DNA from: Podarcis liolepis
Taxonomy: Eukaryota
Assembly (NCBI GenBank): GCA_965112155.1
Contig: OZ218115.1
DNA: 64,000 nt
Strand: one strand, 5' to 3'
In this document: positions 25,528-37,659 of the stretch, one piece after another
Numbering within the stretch: position 1 is the first letter of the stretch
How the letters are laid out: the number at the start of each line of letters is the position of its first letter
Made by a program: the position numbers and the translations under genes
Notes under the pieces: generated by a model
Seen by the model: the letters and a program-made list of their open reading frames with translations, nothing else
Told to the model about the DNA's origin: nothing
Databases searched by the model: none

Positions 25528-27157
25528 AATAAATATTTTGAGAACGTATCACAATATTTATGATAGAAGCATTTCCCAAGTGAAAAGAAAATCCAGCTTT
25601 TTAAAACTGACCTGCCAGTAACCTATCCAAAGAAGAAAACTGTTGTAAGATGAAAACATCCAGTTATTATATAACACTAGACAGTTTGAGGTTTCTTTGT
25701 TTTTGAATGAAGGTGGGGGATTTTTTTTGGTCTTCAACTTATCTCGGAATTGATATTTGGGATGGAGAATGAATCGTCTTGCCAGAAATGTGGAACAATG
25801 GAACAGAGCAATTTTACCGCGTACCTTTTGTAAGTACAAGACAAGGGGGGGAAAGGGAGGGAAAGGAACAGATGCTTATTAACTAAGTGTAGGCAGGTGA
25901 TGACAGGCACAACAGCACCATAGCACCAGCTGTGAATGCAGCAGACAGCTTCTCCCCCTCCTTTTCCAAGTCCATTTTCATATTATTCATCAGATGCCGA
26001 ATGTGATGGAAAAGGTGTCAAAACAAAATGCTAGTGAGAAGTATGAATTCATTGCTGCTAAAACTTTGGAAAGCTGTAAAGTTTTACCAGCCCTGTACTA
26101 AAGAACAATCAGACTTTCATGTGACAGGGAGTTAAGAAGTTTTATAGCTGCTTCAGTTAAGCTTATATCAGTCCTAGTTTTTACAGACACTCAATGACTA
26201 AAATATTATTTATGAACTGTTGTTGCAAACAATATGCCAACATGACAGACAGCCCTGTTTTCAGCTTGGAGGTCACATTCCATATACACCCACGCCAAAA
26301 AAAGAGAGAAAAGACCATGCATTTGAAATAATGCCTCTTGGTGGGGAAATTGCATTTCAAGTGGAAGGCCAATGCCCAGATGTGGCTTTTTGTGTATCAG
26401 TACTCATCAGGAATTGCATGAGGAATGAGGTTAGATAAGTATAATTATACTTTTATGGCTGAGTGGGTGGAACCCCCAGATCCCTAGGTGAGAGATTTGC
26501 CCCTCTAGATTCTAGAGCCTGAGATTGTGTTTCTGCAGGAAAGAGGGGCAGAGGGTAATGATGGCCTTGCCATTAGCCTATTGCAAAAGCTATCTACAAG
26601 ACCAAATAACATACTGGTTACCGAGGTGGAGGTTGCCAGCACAAGATGTTGTCCTTTTAAGCCTGGTCAGTTTCATTTACGTACAGTTTCTGTTGGTGAC
26701 ACATGCGTCTTGAATTGTAATCATTGTGAGCTACTTTGGGACATGGCATTTATCTGGACAGTGGGATTGAAATATAAGAAACATGGTTCCAGTATTATTA
26801 TTTTTTCTCCCTGAACCATTGATTAGCCTCTGGCAGTGGTCTAAACCTGGCGCAGGGCATGGAATCGCCCCTCCACATAAGTGCACTTGCAGAACCATTT
26901 CCCCCCTGCAGCTTCAGTTGTTTTTGTCTCTCAGATAATTGCCCCCCTCCCCAAGCTGCTATTTCCCCTGGGGCTAGCAGCACCTTTGAGCAGCCATTTT
27001 CGTCGGAAGCATAGGAGGGAGACAGCAGGGTCTGAGCAACCATGGCTGCTAATTAGAAGATAAAAACCAGGCATGCTAAATGTAACTATTCATTTATTTG
27101 GTTCTTAGTGATGTGTACCTCTCTTAGTGACTCGGCCTCAGCTCTGTCAGCTTACAT

Positions 27158-27294
27158 CAGGCATAGGCAAACTCGGCCCTCCAGATGTTTTGGGACTACA
27201 ATTCCCACCATCCCTGACCACTGGTTCTGTTAGTCCTGTCCTCATGGGAGTTGTAGTCCCAAAACATCTGGAGGGCCGAGTTTGCTTATGCCTG
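27158..27294. mobile_element. Short palindromic hAT MITE
   Basis: Long TIR caggcataggcaaactcggccctccagatgttttgggactacaa with its inverse at the other end; same family as 48135-48270. Confidence 0.88.
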
Positions 27295-28061
27295 TTTTAC
27301 ACAGAGGTTTTGGGCAGGGTGTTCTGGGAACAAGGAGGAGGGAATTAGGCAGAACTCCATGCGGGGCTGGCAGGAGGAGGCTGCATCAAGAAGAGGGGGT
27401 CATGGACTCAAGCTTCCTGAAGCTATGAGAGGGCCATCCTCTTTCGCTCCATAGTATTACCTTCCATGCTGTGTTATTGTTGGTTTCCAAGCCTCCTGAT
27501 GTTTGGGGGTGGGGGTGGGCACAGGGAGGCTCAATGGGAGGGTCAACAGGCGGAAACACAACTGTTTTCCTTCCTGGACCTTACCACCAAAAGCAACTGA
27601 ATTGAAGACCAGATTACTCAAGTCAACAGCACAGCAGACCATCTACTGTCCATACTCAGCTATTCAGTATGGAATAGGTGAAAGAAAATCAACCTGCAAA
27701 CAAGGTGGGTTGGCCAAAAATTCCCACCTAGGTCCCAAAGTGACCAACAACAGCGAGGGAGGGAGCTATTGCAAGGAGAAAAAGAGTGGGTAGTAGCCAC
27801 CCAACCCTAAAATAGGGTGGCTCACCCCCAAGCATGCATAGTGATGCAATGTGTCACATGGTCTGCCTCAACCCAGCTGAACAGGCCACAAGTGCGCTTC
27901 ATTGGCCAGTACTGAGGTCAGCACTGAGGGTGGTAGACCAGACCTTCTTATACCAAAATACATGGTTTAGATCTCTTTATCTCAGCAGACCTTTTTCAAT
28001 CTTTGGATTGAGAAAGTACTGATCCTTTGAAGATCTGCTAATTGCTTCATTGAACGACATA

Positions 28062-28426
28062 GGTAAAGGTAAAGGTACCCCTGCCCGTACGGGCCAGTCT
28101 TGACAGACTCTAGGGTTGTGCGCTCATCTCACTCTAGAGGCCGGGAGCCAGCGCTGTCTGCAGACACTTCCAGGTCACGTGGCCAGCGTGACGAAGCTGC
28201 TCCGGCCAACCAGCACCAGAGCAGCACACGGAACGCCATTTACCTTCCCGCTATAAAGTGGTACCTATTTATCTACTTGCACTTAAGGGTGCTTTCGAAC
28301 TGCTAGGTGGGCAGGAGCTGGGACTGAACGACGGGAGCTCACCCCGCCACGGGGATTCGAACCGCCGACCATGCGATCGGCAAGTCCTAGGCGCTGAGGT
28401 TTTACCCACAGCGCCACCCGCGTCCT
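28062..28426 (-). mobile_element. Sauria SINE, subfamily 2
   Basis: 13-bp TSD ATTGAACGACATA at 28049-28061 and 28428-28440. Confidence 0.95.
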
Positions 28427-29907
28427 TATTGAACGACATATGGTTTTGTTTATTCTGGCCTTGGATACTTCATATTTTGTAATTTGTAAACCGTTTGGTT
28501 CCCATTATTTTAAGCAAGTAATGGTTAAGATTGTACCCCCCAAAAGTCTCCTTGTACAATAAATAAATAACATTCTTCTATTATTTTATGGTGTTACATG
28601 ATTTAACATTTAGCTCAGTTGCTAAACCAATTTTCCCCAGGCATTTTAAATGACTCATTAATCTAGTATTGCATGATTTTATTCGGTTTGGGCATCTCAC
28701 CAATTCAACTTTAATTCCATTTCATATGCACAATGGCATTTTCTTAATTGTCACTACACACTGAAAATAAAGATCTAATTAAATGATGATCCCAATTAAA
28801 GATGACTCATTTTAGGCTGAGTTACCAGCTATAATGATAAGTAACGGTGCTCAATATATGATCCACTGATGTTGCTTAAAAATTGCCAGAAGTGAATGGT
28901 TTTCTTTCTACCCTGCAGCTGCTTAAAATAGTGAATTTTATCAGGACGTTACAATACTTAACTGGTGTGAATTAAAGAATGTAATTATGGATAATGCATT
29001 GTATATTCCATTTATTGGAAATGGGTAGTGAGTCTGTAAAAAGTTCCTTTCGCTCCTCCATTTTCAGAGCAAGAAATTAAAATTTAATAGGGGTGGTTGA
29101 ACTAGTCTCTTTTCAGTTTATGTCATTTTTGCATTCCTTTACCCAGAAGTCCATTCTGCCCCATTTCTGCATTAAACTGTGACTTGGGAGGGGGAAAAAC
29201 ATCCTTGCCAGGAAACATGCAATTACTTGTTATTTGTTAATATATTTCATATAAAATGTGCATTCCTAAATATGATTTTCTTTTGAGCTGAGAACGGCAT
29301 ATGAACCTCCAAACAATGCAAAAGTTCTCCTATGCAATTTAGTCTGGTAGGAACAGATCATGTCAGAATCTTCTAAGACTGAATTCCTCAAGCATCCCTA
29401 AAATTCTGAAGTGCACCCCTCTGTGTACACTCATGTCATCTTCTGAAATTGGTCATCAGACCACGCTCAGTAAATATTTTTAGAGCTTGACAACAAAATT
29501 GTTGGAACATTAAAACAAGAGGTGTTAAAGAAGGCACATGATTTTTTATTATTATTGCAATTTCCATTCTTTGGTAAGCCTTAGCAATAACTGCATCTGG
29601 CAGCTAAATATGGAAAATAAAAAGAACAAACTGTGACTCAAATAAATAGGCCGGACATTGGAGACAAAAAAACAAATGCGTCAGAAGGTAGCAGAGTAGA
29701 TGGATTGCACAAATAAGTGCCCCTATTCAATTCTAAATGCCTGATAGTTTGATCCAGCTGTCTCATTGATTACCCACTTCCTAAGTAAGTAAATCATTGG
29801 TGGTGCTTCTAGTAGAAACATATATTCAGACTGACCAGTCTCACTTGCCTGAATACCAATAATTGCCTTCTAGCAGAATGAATTCATGAATCTACAGATA
29901 GGTAGAC

Positions 29908-30042
29908 NNNNNNNNNNNNNNNNNNNNNNNNNNNNNNNNNNNNNNNNNNNNNNNNNNNNNNNNNNNNNNNNNNNNNNNNNNNNNNNNNNNNNNNNNNNNN
30001 NNNNNNNNNNNNNNNNNNNNNNNNNNNNNNNNNNNNNNNNNN
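29908..30042. other. Assembly gap (135 N)
   Basis: Run of n. Confidence 1.
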
Positions 30043-30599
30043 TATGTTTAAACCAGCACTGTAGTCCAATGAAACTGATGTCAATTTCTAGCATGCGCCA
30101 TGTCTTGATAAAACTACATGACAGCTTCCCAGTCTTAGGACAGAATCCAGATCTAGGGTGTAATCTAAACTCTCTTTGTTGGGAAGGGTAGCTTGGAGCA
30201 TGGGGAGGTGTTGCTCCAATCAGCCCTTTCAACCTCTGCTGGCCTCATCATGTCCTCATTCTGCACACCCTCCAACATTCCTCAGATGAAAAAAGACACA
30301 TTTCTCTCTCCCCTGCAATTGACCTTCCTCGACATCCCCATTTCTTTGTCTTCTTTGTCTGTTCCTCTGCAGAGCATTTCCACCACGACCACACCACCAG
30401 ACACACCTTCTGCCATCCTGAGAAACCTCCTTAACCCCAATTTTATTTTATTCTATTCTTTGGTAGATTTACAAAAAGAAAAACACATGCCAATAAATAA
30501 ATTTTATAATGGGGCAAGATTAGACACGGATGCACAAAACATTTATGGTCTGTGCAGATAATATTAGGAATCCAAATGATTGACTATTATGTGGTTTGG

Positions 30600-30720
30600 A
30601 TAACTTTTGGCCTGCCAAGTGTTGCTGAACTACAACTCCCATCATCCCTGGCCAATGACCATGCTTACTAGCACTGATGGGAATTGTAGTTCAGCATCAT
30701 CAGAATAGGAAAATGTTTCC
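30600..30720. mobile_element. Diverged short hAT MITE
   Basis: Inverted repeat gctgaactacaactcccatc / gatgggaattgtagttcagc. Confidence 0.65.
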
Positions 30721-32192
30721 TACCTATCTCCTTTAATTTACCTTAAAATACACAGAACCTGTGTTCCAGTACAAATGCCCTTGTTGTAATTATGTGCCAG
30801 GTGGCCAATCATCACTGTCATTTATGTGACTTGCTTGCAGCTGACTAGGATTAAACAAGAAAAACCCCCCAAAAAACCAACCATCCTCAAGGCCAGCATA
30901 GTGCTTATTCTGTTACAGAGAGAAAGCAAACAGATCAACTACTTATTTATCAGGTGTAGAGAAACTGTTCTCTACATCTCTATCTGCTGCTAAGCCACCC
31001 AATGTCAAAAGCAACTTTATCAAAAATTAGCTTCATTTTCGCAGTTTATATTACTTAAATACCCTGGCCTAGAATTCTCCTTTGTAGTTTCGGGAAGAAA
31101 GTGTCTTATCAGCTCTATATGCAAGGCTCTTTAGCTTTACCCAAAGGATCACCAAGGTGCTTCTGGAAACATCCTTTTTCTTCCTCACCAAGTTTGAATG
31201 ATGGCATGTCTGAGATTATTAAGGTACACTAGCAGATGTGTATGACAAAGCTATTTATCTCACACTGCTCTCTGAGGAGCACAATAGAGTTATCTCTGAA
31301 ATTTCAAAGAAAGTGTAAGTTTCCCAAGCTATTCTATAACAATATTATGAAAGATCCAGATAAAATAAAAATGTTTAGCCAAGAAAGGAACATTTGCTGA
31401 GTGTTCAGTGTCAGAAAGGGTATCTAGTTAGTATGTTTGAAAATACCACGTCCTTGTCATTCAGATGCATGGAATTAAGATAGAGAATGTATTGTTTTCT
31501 CTCTCTCTCTCTTTGTCTTGTCTTTGATTTTGTATGCATGTACACTAGATGGCACTAATCAAATATTGCCAAATTTAGTCGTGAAATAACATTACTAAAT
31601 TTGCTGTACTTTTTTTTTTAAAAGGAACACTTGCACACTTTAAAATCCACCCTCAAGCTGTAAACAGGGAGCAGAGAAAGATATGACAAGGGAAGGAACT
31701 GTTTTATTTTTATTTTTTCCATCCTAAAGTACCATCTGATGTTACCAGATTTTTGCAGCGAATTGTTCTGTTTTTGGGTTTTGGTGGGTTTTCTCACCCT
31801 TGGTAGCAGTTGTAAATATTTCCATTACTGACAAGATACTTTATTCACAAAAGATGCCACCAGATACACTGAGGCTAGCAGTGATACATAAACTGCTGTG
31901 CTTGCATCAGTAATGCCAGCTGTATTTCTAGGTCGCACGTTAAGGTGAAGTATTCTCTATTCTCCCATGGATGCTTTTATTTTTGAGATCTTCTCTCGTC
32001 ACATCAATTAATTTCCCCCAAGCTTATTTCTACAAACTATTTCTTAAAGCAAACAAATAAATGAAAACAGTCAATAGCTGAGTTGCTTCTGAAACTAAAA
32101 GACCACTGACATAATTTGGCCTGCAGTGGGGACTCAATTTCTCCCTTCCAGTCCCAGGATGATCTACTTTTATTTCTTACATTTTATATATA

Positions 32193-32548
32193 GGTAAAGG
32201 TACCCCTGCCCGTACGGGCCAGTCTTGACAGACTCTAGGGTTGTGCGCCCATCTCACTTAAGAGGCCGGGGGCCAGCGCTGTCCGGAGACACTTCCGGGT
32301 CACGTGGCTAGCGTGACAAAGCCGCATCTGGCGAGCCAGCGCAGCACACAGAAACACCGTTTACCTTCCCACCAGTAAGCGGTCCCTATTTATCTACTTG
32401 CACCTGGAGGTGCTTTCAAGCTGCTAGGTTGGCAGGCGCTGGGACCGAGCAACGGGAGCGCACCCCGCTGCGGGGATTCGAACCACCAACCTTTCGATCG
32501 GCAAGCCCTAGGCGCTGAGGCTTTTACCCACAGCACCACCCGCGTCCC
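32193..32548 (-). mobile_element. Sauria SINE, subfamily 2
   Basis: TSD ATTTTATATATA at 32181-32192 and 32550-32561. Confidence 0.95.
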
Positions 32549-32561
32549 TATTTTATATATA

Positions 32562-33658
32562 CCGTATTTTTCGCTCTATAACACGCACCTGACCATAACA
32601 CGCACATCGTTTTTAGAGGAGGAAAACAAGGGAAAAAATATTCTGAATGAAACAGTGGACGTATCATTTTTGTGATTCATGCTGTGGCCACAGACATGTG
32701 ATCTGATGGTGAATTTGGGGTGACCCAATGCAAAAATCCTGAGAATCCCTGTGGATCCATGCTTTGTAACCACGTTTTTGCACCATTGCAGCCCCAGGCA
32801 ACAGTGGGTGCGTGATTTTTTTGGGGGGGGACAGGCTGTAGCCATGGACATGCTATGTGCTCTGATGGTGAATTTTGGCTGACCCAATGCAAAGATCCTG
32901 AGGATCCCTGTGGATCCATGCTTTGTAACCACGTTTTTGCACCATTGCAGCCCCAGGCAACAATGGGTGTGTGATTTTTTTTTGGGGGGACAGGCTGTAG
33001 CCATGGACATGCTGTGTGCTCTGATGGTGAATTTGGGGTGACCCAATGCAAAGATCCTGAGGATCCATGTGGATCCATGCTTTGTAACCACATTTTAAGT
33101 GGGGAGGGAAGGAAAAACACAGAAGGCTAAGAATGCAGGAGAGGGCTATAACGTGAGGAAAGGAAGGCAAACGTTTTCCCCCACCCACCCACACAAGCCA
33201 GCCACTGTTTAAGGATTTCATCCTTTTAAATGGAAGAAAGCATATTTGAATGCTGTGTGTCTCCAAAAACAAAAAGCAGGAAGTCAAATCAGAATTTTAA
33301 GCCGAACCTGTAATCTCTCTTCCCTTCACAAACATTGTTCCCTCCGGAGCAGGGACAGGATAGAGCGACGCTCTGCTTTCCCCTCTACTTGCCTGGAGGG
33401 GAGGGGCTTTCCCTGCTCTTTGTTCCGTTTGAGCAAACACAGCAACGAAACAGAGCAGGGTGGGCAGTAAGACCCTGAGGCAGAATGCAGGGAAGCTGCC
33501 ACTTCCTCTCTTCAGGCTTCCCTTCTCCCTGAAGCGCGGTTTGATTTTTGCCTTATTTTTCGGCTACAGGGACCACACATTCGCTGCATAACACACACAG
33601 ACATTTCCCCTTCCTTTTTAGGAGAAAAAATCTGCGTGTTATAGAGCGAAAAATACGG
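32562..33658. mobile_element. Non-autonomous Tc1/mariner element with an internal 159-bp tandem repeat
   Basis: Perfect 26-bp TIR CCGTATTTTTCGCTCTATAACACGCA, TA flanks; repeat units start at 32702, 32861 and 33020. Confidence 0.92.
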
Positions 33659-33668
33659 TATATATATG

Positions 33669-34308
33669 AAGGTAAAGGACCCCTGGACAGTTAAGTCCAG
33701 TCAAAGGCAACTACAGTCATACCTTGGGTTACAGACGCTTCAGGTTGAGTTTTTTCAGGTTATGGACGCTCCAAAACCCGGAAGTACGGGAACGGGTTAC
33801 TTCCGGGTTTCGGATGTCACGCATGTGCAGAAGCGCTAAATCGCACTTTGTGCACATACAGAAGTGCTGAATCGCAACCCGCGTGTGCACAGATGTGGCT
33901 CTGCAGGTTGCGAATGCTGTGGGTTGCAAACGTGCATCCTGCACGGATCACGTTCATAACCTGAGCATCCACTGTATGGGGTTGTGGCACTCATCTCGCT
34001 TTCAGATCGAGGGAGCCAACATTTGTCCACAGACAGCTTTCTGGGTCATGTGTCCAGCATGACTAAGCCGCTTCTGGCGCAACAGAACACCGTGAGGGAA
34101 ACCAGAGCACACGGAAATGCCGTTTACCTTCCTGCTGCAGCGATACCTATTTATCTACGTGTACTGCCGTGCTTTCGAACTGCTGGGTTGGCAGGAGCTG
34201 GGACAGAGCAATGGGAGCTCACCCCGTCATGGGGATTTGAACCGCTGAGTTTCTGATTGGCAAGCTCAAGAGGCTCAGTGGTTTAGACTACAGTGCCACC
34301 GGGATCCC
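33669..34308 (-). mobile_element. Sauria SINE, subfamily 3, split by a MITE
   Basis: Removing 33714-33974 restores the SINE sequence ...aaaggcaacta|tggggttgtggc... Confidence 0.9.
33714..33974. mobile_element. Tigger-like MITE inserted in a Sauria SINE
   Basis: cagtcataccttgggtta / taacctgagcatccactg ends, TA duplication. Confidence 0.85.
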
Positions 34309-34309
34309 C

Positions 34310-34487
34310 TTTATATGCCACCTTTTCTTCCAAGGTGTTGTACATGGTTGTCCTCCTCTCTATCCTCACAAGAACCCTATGAGGTAGGTTAAGCTGGGAA
34401 ACAGTGACTGGCCCAAGGTCACCCATTGAGTTTCATGGCTGAGTGGGGAGATGAACCCTGGTCTCTCAGGTTCAAGTCCAATACTGG
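34310..34487 (-). mobile_element. MIR/Ther1-like SINE
   Basis: atcctcacaagaaccctatgaggtaggtt...gtgactggcccaaggtcaccca. Confidence 0.7.
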
Positions 34488-34674
34488 TTCTAGGAGCGGT
34501 CACAATTTCTCTGTTCAATTTTACATTTCACAGGGGGGTTTTTTAGTTAAATTTCATTCCGTCTCTATACCGAAGGTTATTACAAGTAACTATGCATATG
34601 GAATGCTTATCAGCCTTTGTAACTAACACATATTTATATGTAAAGGTTTCCATCTCTCTTTCTTTGCATCTCTT

Positions 34675-35597
34675 AGAATCATAGAATTGTAGAGTTAGAA
34701 GGGACCCCAAGAGCCATCTAGTCCAACCCACTGCATTGCAGGAATCTCAACTAAAGCATCCATGACAGATGTCTCTCCAACCTCTGCTTAAAAACCTCCA
34801 AGGAAGGAGAGTCCACAACATTCTGAAGGAGTGCATTCCACAGCTGCTTCCATCAGAAAGTTCTCCCTGATGTTTAGTTGGAACTTGATGTTTCATGTAA
34901 CTTGAAGCCATTGGTTTGGGCCCTATCCTCCAGAGCATGAAAAAACTTGTTCCTGTTCCATGTGAAGATGGCTATTATATCTCCTCTCACTCTTCTCTTT
35001 TCCAGGTTAAACGTACCCAACTCCTTCAACTATTCCTAATAAGACTTGGTTTCCAGACACTTCTACTTTTAACCTTGGATAGCTATGACGACTCTCATTT
35101 TACATACCCATGAAAAAGAGGAAGTGTCCTGGAGAAACAGGATATATGACAACCCTTAAATTGTGGTACCCAGAATTGGACAAAGTATTCCAGGTGTGGT
35201 CTGACCAAGGCAGAAAAGAGTGGTACTATTACTTCCCTTGGTCCAGACACTATGCCTCTGTTGATGCAGCCTAGAAGAGCATTAGCTTTTTTTGCTGGTG
35301 CATCACACTGTTGACTCATGTTAAGCTTGTGGTCCGCCAAGACCCCTAGATCCTTTTCATTTGTACTGCTGGTAAGCCAGGTATCCCCCCATTTTGATCT
35401 GTGCATCTGGTTCTTCTTGCCTAAGTGCAGAACCTTACATTTGTCCCTACTGAAATTCATTTTGTTAGCTTGGACCCAGTTTTCCAATCTGTAAAGGTCA
35501 TTTTGAATCCTGATTCTGTCTTCTGCAGCATTAGCTACCCCTCCCAGTTTGGTGTCATCTGCAAATTTGATGAGCATCCTCTCAATTCCTTCATCCT
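34675..35597 (-). mobile_element. CR1 LINE, 5'-truncated (RT C-terminus plus 3' UTR)
   Basis: ORF 35095-35577 LIKFADDTKLGG...DKCKVLHLG...LNMSQQC...LVRPHLEY..QFW; 8-nt (ATTCTATG)-type tail at 34675; internal deletion with a hAT stub at ~35078-35157. Confidence 0.95.
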
Positions 35598-35855
35598 AGA
35601 TGTTTATACTTTGACCCAGTTTGCTTTCCCTATTTGCTTTCCAACTTACTGCAGTAATTACCAATATGTTTAATCTGAAGTGGATCAAACAAAAATATTA
35701 ATCTTAATTCCCATGCTTCTTACCATGTTTGTACCATATAAATAGAAATATAATAAATGCAAAGGTCCAAGCATGAATGCTCTGTGTCCAGGCATCTCCC
35801 CCCCCCCCCCGGGTTTTCCTCATGAAAATTGTTCTGAGCTGAGGAAAGGTAAGTA

Positions 35856-36096
35856 CAGTGGTACCTTGGTTTAAGAACAGTCCAGTTTAAGAACAATTTG
35901 GTTTACAAACTCCGCAAAACTGGAAATAGTGTCATGGTTTGAGAACTTTACCTCGGTCTAAGAACGGAATCCGAATGGTGGAAGGGCACCAGCGGTGGGA
36001 GGCCTCATTAGGGAAAGTGTGCCTCAGTTTAAGAATGGTTTTGGTTTAAGAACAGACTTCCGGAACAGATTAAGTTGATAAACCGAGGTACCACTA
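35856..36096. mobile_element. Tigger-like MITE
   Basis: TIR cagtggtaccttggttta / taaaccgaggtaccacta, TA flanks. Confidence 0.88.
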
Positions 36097-36187
36097 TATG
36101 GCTAAGCCCTAAGATAAAATAAAAACACACGGGTGAGTTCTACCTTGTTGATAGCATTTTCATGCCACCCATTCTTTAAGTTTAAAA

Positions 36188-36485
36188 AAGGTAAAGGACC
36201 CCTGCACAGTTAAGTCCAGTCAAAGGTGACTATGGGGTACAACACCCATCTTGCTTTTCAAGTCAAGGGAGCCGGCGTTTGTCCACAGACAGCTTTCTGG
36301 GTCATGTGGCCAGCAGGACTAAACCGCTTGTGGCGCAATGGAACACCGGGACAGAAGCCAGAGTGCATAGAAATGCTGTTTACCTTCAGGCCACAGCGGT
36401 ACCTATTTATCTACTTGCACTGGTGTGCTTTTGAACTGCTAGGTTGGCAGAAGCTGGGACAGAGCAAAGGGAGCTCGCCACCATC
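36188..36485 (-). mobile_element. Sauria SINE, subfamily 3, 5'-truncated
   Basis: Tail and body match 25141-25527; tRNA-like head missing. Confidence 0.88.
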
Positions 36486-36842
36486 ATGCATATGCCTATA
36501 CTTTAGTATAGGCTGGAGGAACCTCCTGTCCATATGCCTCTTTAATCATAAATGATATGAAATGACCATTCGGCAAAATAGTCCCCCTAGAAACCTTCTG
36601 TTTATGGGGATTTTTTTTTTTTCTAGCAAGGCTATCTGCCAGACCCTTGAGTACCAGTAGTGCAAATTAACCATCTCAAACATTTCTCCAAACCTTGCTA
36701 TAGGCATCCTCGCTGCCATCAAAAAGTGAGAGATGATGTTCCTTATTTTGAAGGTCTTTATTGGCTTCAGAGTATAAATTTAAAAGTGCAGTGGTTTTTT
36801 TTTTTTACTGCTAACCCTTCACTTTTAAAAACCACTCACTCA

Positions 36843-37659
36843 TGTACCCCCCCCCGAACCTCTAAGTTTGCCTCCACTGCTGCCAGATACTAGAGGAAGA
36901 GATAAATCTTCTCCACTTCCCAGTGGGGAGAAGTTGTGGTGGACCGCATGGCCACCCACTCCCCACTGGGGGGCAGGGGACTTTGTCCCCCATTGCCTGG
37001 AGGATCCCGGCCACGTCAGAGCCCGGCCAGCCAATCCACTGGCCAGGGGGGCGTGGCCGGGACAGTTAAATCAAGGAGCGAGCCAGAGGACTCCCTCTTT
37101 TGCTCGCTTCCTCAATCACCCTCCCTCCCTCCCTATTTCCAGGTTAGGCAATGGCCTTGCTATGGACTTCGGTTGGCCGCCTTGGTTGTCCAAGTGGCCT
37201 GGTAGGAATTTTTCCACTTGGCAAATTGGCACTGGCCACTTGGCTTTCGCCTACCTCATAGCAATTGTCACAACTTTGTTAGGGTTGCGGTTAGGCATTG
37301 TTCGACCTTGTGTGGCGGAGGTGACATGTGGCCATCACCTGCCCCTCCATGCTTAAGGGTATTCCGTTAAAGGAATCCGGGGGTGTTGATCTTGTCCAAA
37401 GCCCGGCTGGGGGCTAGGGCCTTGACACAACCCCAATGGGAACACCAGGGGGAGCTTGAGTTGGTTCGCATCGACAGGGTTCCCCCTACCGGTGGCTTAC
37501 CCTTACTGGACTTCCTGCACTTCCAGCCAATACCGCTCACATTCTGTAATTCAATAAAGTTGTGGCCAAAATTTGCCCAATAACATAAACCTAATATCTG
37601 TGCCCTGGTGTGAGTTATTTCCCAACGAGGGGGTGGCTGTGGGGTCTCGACACTCAACA
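36843..37659 (+). mobile_element. LTR-like repeat copy A (possibly a Ngaro/DIRS-order terminal repeat)
   Basis: GC-rich, TG...CA ends, CCAAT/GC-box-like region, AATAAA at 37553-37558; homologous to 55290-56068 and 62655-63520; no conventional TSD. Confidence 0.65.

Noticed and set aside
29870-30232. ORFs spanning X runs
   Set aside because: Artefacts of the N gap
32576-33287. Repetitive 144-171 aa ORFs, or a CRISPR-like array
   Set aside because: 159-bp units (a multiple of 3) inside a mariner MITE; units are fully repeated with no unique spacers, and the genome is eukaryotic
35095-35577. 160-aa reverse transcriptase-like ORF as a functional gene
   Set aside because: 5'-truncated CR1 fragment with an internal deletion; its C-terminus runs into a hAT stub
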